From Waterburya sp. (GTDB lineage: Bacteria; Cyanobacteriota; Cyanobacteriia; Cyanobacteriales; Xenococcaceae), in NCBI GenBank assembly GCA_965218345.1, contig CBDCKS010000002.1, forward strand, positions 1,408,433 to 1,472,432: 64,000 bases of DNA. Direction: 5' to 3'. The notes beneath the pieces are model-generated. The model was not told the origin of the DNA, ran no database searches, and was given only the letters and a program-made list of their open reading frames with translations. This document shows positions 56,290 through 64,000 of this stretch, in pieces. The position numbers were made by a program, and so were the translations under genes. Each line of letters opens with the position of its first letter. Position 1 is the stretch's first letter.

Positions 56290-57084
56290 TTACGAAATTG
56301 CTTGTTTTAAAGAAGCACAAAATTCACCGATCGCCTTTAGTCCTGCTTCTGGAGTTCCCCCTGCCAGGAGTTTAACTATAGCACTACCGACAATTACCCC
56401 ATCTGCGCCCCACTCCTTAGTTTGTTTTGCCTGTTCGGGACTAGAAATACCAAAACCAACGCCAATAGGTTTATCCGTCGTGCTGTGTAACTCTGCCAGG
56501 ATATCTTTGACTCCTGCTGCCATTTCTGAACGTATCCCTGTTACGCCTGTTACAGATACCAAATAAATAAAACCTTGAGACTTGGTAGCGATCGCTTTTA
56601 TTCTAGCGGTCGAACTAGTAGGTGCAACTAATAAAGTTACCTCAATTCCAATTTCAGCCGCGGGTTTAAGCAGTACTTCTGCTTCTTCTAAAGGTAGGTC
56701 AGGAACAACTAAACCACTAACTCCTGCCTCTTTTACTTGTTTAAGAAAAGACTCTATGCCCCGATAGTAGATTGGATTGTAGTAAGTAAATAAAATAATT
56801 GGCACATTTATTTTTGGTGCAACTTGCTTAACTACCTCTAAAACAGCCTCTAATTTAACTCCTTTCTGTAAGGCTCTAGTAGCTGCTGCTTGAATTGTGG
56901 GACCATCTGCTAAGGGATCGGAATAGGGAACGCCCAATTCAATCAAATCTGCACCACTTTGAGCCAAAACCTCTATGGCTTTAGCTGTTGTGTCTAGATC
57001 GGGATCGCCAGCAGTAATAAAGGGAATTAAAGCACATTGAGAATTTTGTTTTAGTTGTCGAAAACGAGCTGCAACAGAGTTCAT
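56290..57084 (-). CDS. trpA: Tryptophan synthase alpha chain
   Basis: [27 protein letters not shown] and GFGIS motifs. Confidence 0.95.
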   Translation of the reverse strand: MNSVAARFRQLKQNSQCALIPFITAGDPDLDTTAKAIEVLAQSGADLIELGVPYSDPLADGPTIQAAATRALQKGVKLEAVLEVVKQVAPKINVPIILFTYYNPIYYRGIESFLKQVKEAGVSGLVVPDLPLEEAEVLLKPAAEIGIEVTLLVAPTSSTARIKAIATKSQGFIYLVSVTGVTGIRSEMAAGVKDILAELHSTTDKPIGVGFGISSPEQAKQTKEWGADGVIVGSAIVKLLAGGTPEAGLKAIGEFCASLKQAIS

Positions 57085-57206
57085 TAGGTAAAATCAACTT
57101 AATATTTAATACTGATAATTTAATTAAAGTTTCCCAGATAGTTAGGCTTCTGGCGTTGGTGAATCGAGGGATGATAAATACAATAATTATCTTTGTTGAG
57201 GATGAT

Positions 57207-57234
57207 TAATAACTAATAACTAATAACTAATAAC
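57207..57234. repeat. Heptanucleotide tandem repeat (TAATAAC) x 4
   Basis: Direct reading, in the intergenic region between trpA and the DUF3007-like gene. Confidence 0.95.
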
Positions 57235-57278
57235 TACGAACAGATTACTTTTCGGTATCATCCTTTTAATCACCATCG

Positions 57279-57584
57279 TCAAACTTCTTTTTGTTGCTCA
57301 ATTTCTTTTTGTAGCTCGGCTAGCTGTTCTGGAGACATTTCCTCAAGACGCTTTTGCATCACTGCCTCTTCATAATCTTTAAGCTGCTGGTTATAGGTCA
57401 TTTTTTTATTGCCAACTCGTAAAAGATAGGTCAACGACCAACCCACCAAACCAATAACCAACAGGGTTTGAGTCCAAATTCCTGCATTAATGCCGTCCAA
57501 ACCAACTATCTGCAAAACAAAATAGACTAGTCCAGCAGCCACAAATACGCCGAGACTAATTGCGATCGCATCAATTCTACGCAT
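57279..57584 (-). CDS. Small two-TM membrane protein (DUF3007-like)
   Basis: Two TM helices followed by a charged coiled C-terminus. It lies between ndhL and trpA; I recall a similar ndhL-trpA neighbourhood in other cyanobacteria, but that was not checked. Confidence 0.55.
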   Translation of the reverse strand: MRRIDAIAISLGVFVAAGLVYFVLQIVGLDGINAGIWTQTLLVIGLVGWSLTYLLRVGNKKMTYNQQLKDYEEAVMQKRLEEMSPEQLAELQKEIEQQKEV

Positions 57585-57593
57585 TTTGTTATC

Positions 57594-57824
57594 CTAAGCT
57601 TTTAGATCGCGACGTTTGGGACGAAAATTAAGAAACGGACTGAGTAAGATCATCCCAGGGAAGCTAAGAAACACAAACAGGTACATAATTAACCGTTCGA
57701 TAGAGCTAGCAACATACCAACGATTCTTAAGATAAAGATAAACTAGTGCTGGTAGTACCACAAGATATGTACCACTTAAAACTAGATATAACAAGGCAAC
57801 TAAATTAGTCTCTGTAAGCAGCAT
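57594..57824 (-). CDS. ndhL: NAD(P)H-quinone oxidoreductase subunit L
   Basis: 76 aa with two TM. The sequence LVVLPALVYLYLKNRWYVASSIERLIMY resembles the cyanobacterial NdhL sequence as I recall it. It is adjacent to trpA, as I recall is also the case in Synechocystis. Confidence 0.75.
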   Translation of the reverse strand: MLLTETNLVALLYLVLSGTYLVVLPALVYLYLKNRWYVASSIERLIMYLFVFLSFPGMILLSPFLNFRPKRRDLKA

Positions 57825-57920
57825 AATTGTCTTTAATGGTTGGCTTATTTACGACACTGTTATTTTAACAGGGCAAACGTCCAGCTTTGCTGATATTAAA
57901 GTTAGAACAGAAATTAATAT

Positions 57921-60008
57921 TTATCTGACTACCGTTTTGTGATCGGGGCTAAGAATTTTGTTTTCTCCATAGCTCAACAAGCGATCTAAAGTATTTAAAC
58001 GATTTTGCCAAACCGTTGCTTGATATGTATCGACGCTTTTTGTTTCTGCCATCCAATAGGGAAATTGACGACGTAAAGAATTAAGAGCTACTTGAGTCGA
58101 GAAAAAGTTACGATTCGAGGGTTCGTCCACTAATGTTTGTAATTCCATCGCTACTCTGTCTGCTTGTTCTCCCCATGCTTGTAAAGTAGCATCATCAATC
58201 CCATACTCATTATTGGTTAGAAAAAAGTTCCATTCTCGCTGCAAACTCTGATACCGAGATAAAGTCACCTCAAAAGGCTGTCTCTGGGGTAGGGGTTGTT
58301 TGGGTTTAGCGATCGTGCTGCCTTGAGTATTATGAAAAACGGTAGTAAAATCAGAATTTAAATTGTCGGCTGCAAAAAGAGCGTAACCTTCAGTAGACAT
58401 ATTTCGCAATAGCTGTATCTGATCTAACGCTGCTACCTCAGATATATTTAAAAGCCTAATGCCTGGTAAAAGTAAAGCTTGACCGCGATCGAATTCACTG
58501 AGTAGCGGATTAGCAAGAATATCGAGTCGATCGGCATCTTGGGCATAGGTCATCGGTACCAGCATATCAATCCATTCTTTATTCACCCATTTTTCCCAGT
58601 GCTGCTGAATTTTTGACAAACGTTCTTGTTCTGGCATGGGAAATACGGCAGTCGAAAGAGTCAATTCAGGACGTAGCTGCTTAAGATTTTGAGCAGCAGT
58701 AGCTACAAAATTATCTATCTGTTCAATCCGAAAGTCTGTCCACCTAGACCACAGGTAATGATTGGGATTGAGGGTAATCGGATCGAACCCTGTTTGTTCT
58801 TTAAACTGTTCTCTAGCAGCTTTGCCGTAGCCATAGGTTATTTTACCCGAAAGACTTTGAAACGGATAGCGAATATAGTCCAAATGAATACCGTCTACTT
58901 CGTAATCGGTAGCAATTTCTGTTAATAAAGATAAAAGATAACGCTGGACATCGGGATTGGCAGGATCGAAGAAAACCTTTCCCGAACTATAGTGAAAGCG
59001 ACTACCTTCATTATCTGTAGCTACCCAATCAGGATGTTTGGCTAAAACAGGACCTAAATAGTTGCGAGGTAGATTGAGAATTTCATTATGACGTTGATTG
59101 ACCGCAGCAAAAGTCCATACCCAAGCGTGCAGTTCCATGCCTCTTTCATGAGCTAGTTTGACTGCTGCCTTGAGAGGATCCCAACCTTTGGTCAAAGGGT
59201 TTTGTTGAGGCGCAATCTTGCTAGGGTAAATAGTGTAGCCAGAATTAAGCGTCTCAAAGAAGACAGTATTAATACCAGCCTTAGCCATGCGGTCAAAAAC
59301 TTTAGCCAGATCTGCTTCTGATTCAGCTTTGACAATTGTGCCGCGATCGAGCCACATTGCTCGTATTTCTGATTGTGCAATGGGTTTATCAACAGGATAG
59401 TTGTTCCAGAGGGTTTGTTTAGCTAGCGACCATTCTGCCTTGGCGCGATCGTATTGATTTTGCTCTATTAGATAACCAAATTTCTTTAGTCCCTCCTTTG
59501 CCTGTTTTAAAGCTAAGTGAGCGTTTTGATATTCAGATTTTAGGCTTGGCTTTTGAACTTGCTTTTTAGCTGTAGCTTGTGGATTGAGTAAATGTTGAAT
59601 TACTTCCCCTGTGGAAATATCTAGATTACTATCCTGTGCCTCAGCAGTAAGTAAAGTTGTTTCAAAACGACCAATCAAGCTTTCTAATTCTTCCCTCATC
59701 AATCTGGCTTCTCCTGGAGAAATTTTTGGTTCAGATTGCAACTCAAAGTTAGAAGGTAAAGGTGATGGAAGAGGCTTTAGAATAGGGAAAAATTTAGGTT
59801 TGGGTAAATTATTAATTTCCGATTTTTGCACAGCATTCTCAGAGTCTTTTATAGCCTCTGGTTCTGGCTCGATTGCCATCACTGGCAAGGCAATTAAAGT
59901 AAAAGGTAGTAAAGAGATAATTAATTTAGCAGCTATTTGACTTCTTAATTTGAGATCGATATTTTTTTGAAGGGCAAGCTGTTGCCAATGCCTGACATTT
60001 CTTAGCAC
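57921..60008 (-). CDS. Family-10-like glycosyl hydrolase (DUF187/YngK-like) with long N-terminal extension
   Basis: Central TIM-barrel region with RAMWLDRG, NTVFFE, ELHAW, and GIHLDYIRYP motifs typical of DUF187. Confidence 0.65.
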   Translation of the reverse strand: MLRNVRHWQQLALQKNIDLKLRSQIAAKLIISLLPFTLIALPVMAIEPEPEAIKDSENAVQKSEINNLPKPKFFPILKPLPSPLPSNFELQSEPKISPGEARLMREELESLIGRFETTLLTAEAQDSNLDISTGEVIQHLLNPQATAKKQVQKPSLKSEYQNAHLALKQAKEGLKKFGYLIEQNQYDRAKAEWSLAKQTLWNNYPVDKPIAQSEIRAMWLDRGTIVKAESEADLAKVFDRMAKAGINTVFFETLNSGYTIYPSKIAPQQNPLTKGWDPLKAAVKLAHERGMELHAWVWTFAAVNQRHNEILNLPRNYLGPVLAKHPDWVATDNEGSRFHYSSGKVFFDPANPDVQRYLLSLLTEIATDYEVDGIHLDYIRYPFQSLSGKITYGYGKAAREQFKEQTGFDPITLNPNHYLWSRWTDFRIEQIDNFVATAAQNLKQLRPELTLSTAVFPMPEQERLSKIQQHWEKWVNKEWIDMLVPMTYAQDADRLDILANPLLSEFDRGQALLLPGIRLLNISEVAALDQIQLLRNMSTEGYALFAADNLNSDFTTVFHNTQGSTIAKPKQPLPQRQPFEVTLSRYQSLQREWNFFLTNNEYGIDDATLQAWGEQADRVAMELQTLVDEPSNRNFFSTQVALNSLRRQFPYWMAETKSVDTYQATVWQNRLNTLDRLLSYGENKILSPDHKTVVR

Positions 60009-60934
60009 AAAAATCTCCCAATTACTTTATATTTATCTTGTAAATAACTTATTAATTTTAAAATATCAATTAGTCTTTAATCAACCATTATAATCTTGAT
60101 ATTTTGTGCCACGTATCGGTAATAGTGACGATTAAATATGTTTTACTTTAAAAGCTATGCTAGATATTACGGCAGAGAAAATACTTTTACGGCAAAGTAA
60201 CTTTAAGTGAAGATGGCATATATTTCGAGATAAACTGTTCTTAAATAAGTCTTGGCGATCGCTTTATCAAGCTTAACTAGCTCAATATATTTTTTCATAA
60301 TTTCGACGGTCTTCTTTTCCGCTCTCTAGCACACTGTTGAATTGCTGCCAAACATAAGATTAAATTATAAAGTAATTTTTCTCTCACTATGGAAACTATC
60401 CTTTAAATGGCGCACAAGACCTACTAATTACAGATATTTTTGGTCAACAAGTAACCTTAGATGATGTCAATATCACCAATGGTTCTGATGCGGATATCAT
60501 TACGGAAGAACAGTTTCAAATGCTGTAATTTTTTGGCAATCTGATGTCAAGCTGGGGAGATTTTCAACTATATCTTTCCCCAGAAATAAGCATTGCTCAT
60601 AGATCGCCGATCTTGTTTTGGTGGGCAAAGATCTTTACCTGAAACGCTTGTCGATCTCAATTATGTTCTGCCCACCCTACAAGGCTTAAACTGTCCTAAC
60701 TGTTGATAATTGATGCTAAAGCAATGGGTTGGTTTTGTCCCCTAAAGATTGGCAATATTCCAGTTTTCATCGTTATGTGCAGCGTAGTGTTTCCGATTCT
60801 AACTGCGGTAGTTCACCTTTGATTTTTGATTATTGTATTGGTATGGAATAAATCTCGATAGTTTTTGGGTTTCGTCCCTCAACCCAACCTACAAGATCGG
60901 CGATCGCGCTTTATTAGCAGAATCGGAAAAAGCA

Positions 60935-61567
60935 TTATCTGCAATTGAGATTACTGATACTTCCATCAGGCAAAATAGTATCGCAGAAAATAGCAAAATC
61001 AGTGTTGACATACAACCAATCACTAGCTCCAGTCAAATCGGTTTTGATGAAAATGGCATTGGAGAAAGTAACGTGTTCTATCCTGGCTCTACGCAAAGTA
61101 GCCTTGGTGAAATTAACACCGTGGAAAGTACATTCAATGATAACAGTATCGTCCAAATTGGCTCTGTAGAAAATAGCTCCACGGACAAAGGATTCAGAGA
61201 AATGAGTTCTACTCAAGTCGGCATCGATGAAAATTCCTTCATAAATTTCAGTCCCGCTCAAGTCAGCCCCACTCAAATTAGCCCCAGTGAAGTTGGCTTC
61301 TTCGAGTTTAGCTCCACTGAGATAGGCATCTCTGCAATTAGCCCCACTCAAATTAGCCCCACTCAAATTAGCCCAACTGAGACTGGCATTAGTGAAATCA
61401 GTTCCACTCAAATTAGCCCCACTCAAATCAGCCCCACCTTTGAGACTGGCATTAGTGAAATCAGCCCCACTCAAATTAGCCCCACTCAAATCAGCCTTAA
61501 TCAGTTGGATCTCACTAAAATCTCTTTCTCCAGCAGCATATCTCCTGAGCAATTCTTCTCTGTCCAT
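60935..61567 (-). CDS. Pentapeptide-repeat protein
   Basis: Continuous A(D/N)LSGANLSGA-type pentapeptide repeats over most of its 210 aa. Confidence 0.9.
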   Translation of the reverse strand: MDREELLRRYAAGERDFSEIQLIKADLSGANLSGADFTNASLKGGADLSGANLSGTDFTNASLSWANLSGANLSGANCRDAYLSGAKLEEANFTGANLSGADLSGTEIYEGIFIDADLSRTHFSESFVRGAIFYRANLDDTVIIECTFHGVNFTKATLRRARIEHVTFSNAIFIKTDLTGASDWLYVNTDFAIFCDTILPDGSISNLNCR

Positions 61568-61848
61568 AATTCAACTCCTAAAGTTACTAATGTATACAAT
61601 AATACCGCAACTAATATCTGGTCAGATTTACTCCAGTCAGAAACCCAATTAGATATCGATTTTCAAATAATCGACCTTCCCAAAGGAAAACTCAGGAAAA
61701 CCCAACAAACAATTCTCATCGACCACGATACAAATGATGTCGGTTGGTTCATTAATAAAATTCCTCTCGATAACAGCAAAAAAATTTAGCCAATATAACC
61801 TATTGCCGTTAATCTAGATAAGGTAAAGTTACGCTCAGGACAAAAGTT

Positions 61849-63141
61849 GTGGCTTTCAAAATAGGTTTACTAGGATACGGTACTGTAGGTACAGGCACAG
61901 CAGAAATTATTCTCGATCCATCGGGAAGGAACAATTTGCTGAGGGAAATAGAAATAGCAAAGGTGGGGGTAAGATCCCTTGATAAACCGCGATCGCCTGA
62001 ATTACCCGCAGGAGTTTTGACGACGGATTTAGAAGCTATTGTCAGCGATCCTGAGATTGATATTGTAGTCGAACTTTTAGGCGGATTAGAACCCTCGCGA
62101 TCGCTAATTCTCCAAGCTATAGCTAACGGTAAACATATTGTTACAGCTAATAAAGCCGTAATTGCTCGTCATGGCGCAGAAATTTATACAGCAGCTAACA
62201 AGGCTGGAGTGTATGTTCTTTTAGAAGCAGCTGTAGGGGGAGGAATACCAGTAATAAAACCTCTCAAGCAGTCTTTAGGAGTCAACCGCATCCAGACTGT
62301 AACAGGAATTATTAACGGTACAACTAACTACATCTTGACCCAGATGACTCAAGAGGGAGCAGATTTTGCCGATGTCCTAGCTGAGGCACAAAAACTAGGC
62401 TACGCAGAAGCCGATCCCACTGCGGACGTTGATGGTTACGATGCTGCGGATAAGATAGCAATCTTGGCTGCGATCGCTTTTGGAGGCAGAATTAAACGGG
62501 AAGATATTCCCTGTGAAGGTATTCGTCAGATAAACGCTACAGATATTAGCTACGCTGACGATTTAGGCTTTGTAATCAAGCTACTGGCGATCGCTAAAGT
62601 AAGCCAAGATAACGATTCTCTTCAGGTTAGGGTTAATCCTACTTTAGTACCCAAAGATCATCCTCTAGCCAACGTCAACGATGTTTATAACGCTATTCTG
62701 GTAGAAGGTGAACCTCTAGGACAAGTAATGTTTTTTGGTCCTGGGGCGGGCAAAGGAGCTACTGCCAGCGCGGTAGTATCGGATATTGTCAATATTGTGA
62801 GTATTTTGCAAACTAACAGCATCAATCAGAAACTAGATCCTTTGCTGCGTTGTTCCCACGAAGATTTTAAAGATCTTACTCCTATTGCAGACATTGAAAC
62901 TCGTTTTTATGCCCGTTTTCTCTGCGAAGATGTTTCTGGAGTGATCGGTCATTTAGGCACGAGCTTTGGCAACCATGATGTCAGTCTAGAATCAGTAGTG
63001 CAGATTGGCTTCCGTGACGCTTTGGCAGAAATCGTCGTTGTTACCCATAATGTTCAAGAAGGCAACTTTCGTCAGGCATTAGAAGAAATTAAGAATTTAG
63101 AAGCGATTAACAGCATTCCTAGCATTCTTAGAGTATTGTAA
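61849..63141 (+). CDS. hom: Homoserine dehydrogenase with C-terminal ACT domain
   Basis: IGLLGYGTVGTG, VTANKA, GIINGTTNYIL and EADPTADVDGYDAADK motifs. GTG start. Confidence 0.95.
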   Translation: MAFKIGLLGYGTVGTGTAEIILDPSGRNNLLREIEIAKVGVRSLDKPRSPELPAGVLTTDLEAIVSDPEIDIVVELLGGLEPSRSLILQAIANGKHIVTANKAVIARHGAEIYTAANKAGVYVLLEAAVGGGIPVIKPLKQSLGVNRIQTVTGIINGTTNYILTQMTQEGADFADVLAEAQKLGYAEADPTADVDGYDAADKIAILAAIAFGGRIKREDIPCEGIRQINATDISYADDLGFVIKLLAIAKVSQDNDSLQVRVNPTLVPKDHPLANVNDVYNAILVEGEPLGQVMFFGPGAGKGATASAVVSDIVNIVSILQTNSINQKLDPLLRCSHEDFKDLTPIADIETRFYARFLCEDVSGVIGHLGTSFGNHDVSLESVVQIGFRDALAEIVVVTHNVQEGNFRQALEEIKNLEAINSIPSILRVL

Positions 63142-63183
63142 TCTTAATAAGCGACTGTTATTGAAATCTAGAAAGCCTAAAAA

Positions 63184-64000
63184 ATGTTACAAAAAGGCGA
63201 TCGGCAAAATAAAAGCAATGCAACCTGTATCGTTATTGGTGGTGGAATTTCAGGATTAATTACCGCTACAGTTTTGCAGCGTCAGGGAATTGAAGTAAAG
63301 GTATTAGATAAAGGCAGAGGAATTGGTGGACGATTAGCAACTCGGCGAATTAAGTACTCAGAATCTATAGTCGGAGTATTTGATTATGGTACGCAGTATT
63401 TCAACGTTGAGCAGCCAGAGTTTCAAATTTGGGTAGATGATTGGTTACAACGGGGAGTAATTAAAAAATGGTGTGAGGGGTTTGGTGAGGCAGACGAGAA
63501 ACCCCGCTATTGTGGTGTAAATGGCACTCGTGGCATTGCTAAATATTTAGCACAGGATTTAGATGTTCATGTGGATACGAAGGTAGTAAAGGTTAGTTAT
63601 AATAAGCATTGGCTTGTGGAAACAGAAAATAAGCAGCTTTATCAGGCAGATATGTTGCTGATGACTCTTCCTGTACCCCAAGCTCTAGAGTTATTAGATG
63701 CTTCTCTAATAGTTCTACCATTAGAAATTAGATTCTCTTTAGAAAGTATTAGTTATCATCGCTGTATTACTGTTTTAGCTCTGCTAGAAAAACCCAGCAA
63801 TATACCCGCACCAGGGGGTATAACTTTAGAAGATAATTATTTAGTTTGGTTGGCTGATAATTATCAAAAAGGCATTTCTCCCCATGGTTATGCCGTAACG
63901 CTCCATGCTACCTCTAGTTTTAGTGATGATTATTGGAATAGTGACGATGCTGAAATTGCCTATAAATTGCTTAGCGCAGCAGCAGATTACTTGGATTCAA
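63184..64000 (+). CDS. FAD/NAD(P)-dependent oxidoreductase (renalase/amine-oxidase-like), 3' end off window
   Basis: CIVIGGGISGLITATVL...VLDKGRGIGGR dinucleotide-binding motif. The frame is open to the window end. Confidence 0.8.
   Translation, partial: MLQKGDRQNKSNATCIVIGGGISGLITATVLQRQGIEVKVLDKGRGIGGRLATRRIKYSESIVGVFDYGTQYFNVEQPEFQIWVDDWLQRGVIKKWCEGFGEADEKPRYCGVNGTRGIAKYLAQDLDVHVDTKVVKVSYNKHWLVETENKQLYQADMLLMTLPVPQALELLDASLIVLPLEIRFSLESISYHRCITVLALLEKPSNIPAPGGITLEDNYLVWLADNYQKGISPHGYAVTLHATSSFSDDYWNSDDAEIAYKLLSAAADYLDS

Noticed and set aside
4685-57234. CRISPR arrays
   Set aside because: The only tandem repeats are 7-8 nt microsatellite-like STRR arrays (4685, 21561, 32508, 57207) and one 17-nt duplication (33506). 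There are no 25-40 nt repeats with unique spacers, and no cas genes.
60280-60530. Possible gene remnants in the 0.8-kb non-coding stretch upstream of the pentapeptide gene. These are a plus-strand fragment ending ...LLITDIFGQQVTLDDVNITNGSDADIITEEQFQML* (about 60388-60528) and a minus-strand 31-codon ORF MKKYIELVKLDKAIAK... (about 60296 downward).
   Set aside because: Both are short, lack credible starts or RBS, and match no family I recognise. They may be debris of decayed genes, but I cannot support a call.
60833-61789. 318-aa plus-strand ORF with ISPTQ-type repeats
   Set aside because: It is the antisense shadow of the minus-strand pentapeptide-repeat gene (60935-61567). The repeat periodicity of that gene keeps the opposite strand open. 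The minus-strand product has the canonical A(D/N)LxGA pentapeptide pattern.

Overview
The window is about 64 kb of a low-GC cyanobacterial chromosome. Evidence for the taxon: the HIP1 octamer GCGATCGC at roughly 1.7-2 per kb in core genes (by-eye count), heptanucleotide STRR-type tandem repeats, NDH-1/CupA CO2-uptake genes and ndhL. Most of the window is housekeeping: two-component system, rsmH, bioB, murI, amiC, prfB with its programmed +1 frameshift, ribF, trpA, hom, htrA, a nifS-like desulfurase and exbBD.

Four regions stand out:
1. 13.1-26.6 kb holds an orphan lipid/polyketide locus. A 2802-aa single-module FAAL-ACP-KS-AT-DH-ER-KR-ACP synthase has no off-loading domain. It is flanked by a LeuA/NifV-type Claisen condensase, a domain-permuted LeuD-LeuC (aconitase-family) fusion, a secreted SRPBCC lipid-binding protein and a membrane-anchored SGNH hydrolase. 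I regard this as the best candidate for an undescribed system. My working hypothesis is an alkyl-malate/alkyl-citrate-type lipid, or a homologated starter acid.
2. 4.9-10.3 kb holds an ndhF3-ndhD3-cupA CO2-uptake operon. A Tat-signal beta-carbonic anhydrase is inserted between ndhF3 and ndhD3, cupS is absent, and an AraC regulator (not a LysR) lies divergently upstream.
3. 46.8-51.2 kb is a HIP1-depleted decayed islet next to tRNA-Ser(UGA). It contains a multiply disrupted vWA/RTX/Calx-beta adhesin pseudogene, an IS transposase remnant and orphan ORFs.
4. 55.5-56.2 kb holds a RelE/ParE toxin-antitoxin cassette bracketed by 36-bp imperfect direct repeats.

I saw no rRNA genes and no CRISPR arrays. 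All family assignments come from motif recognition by eye. No database search was run.
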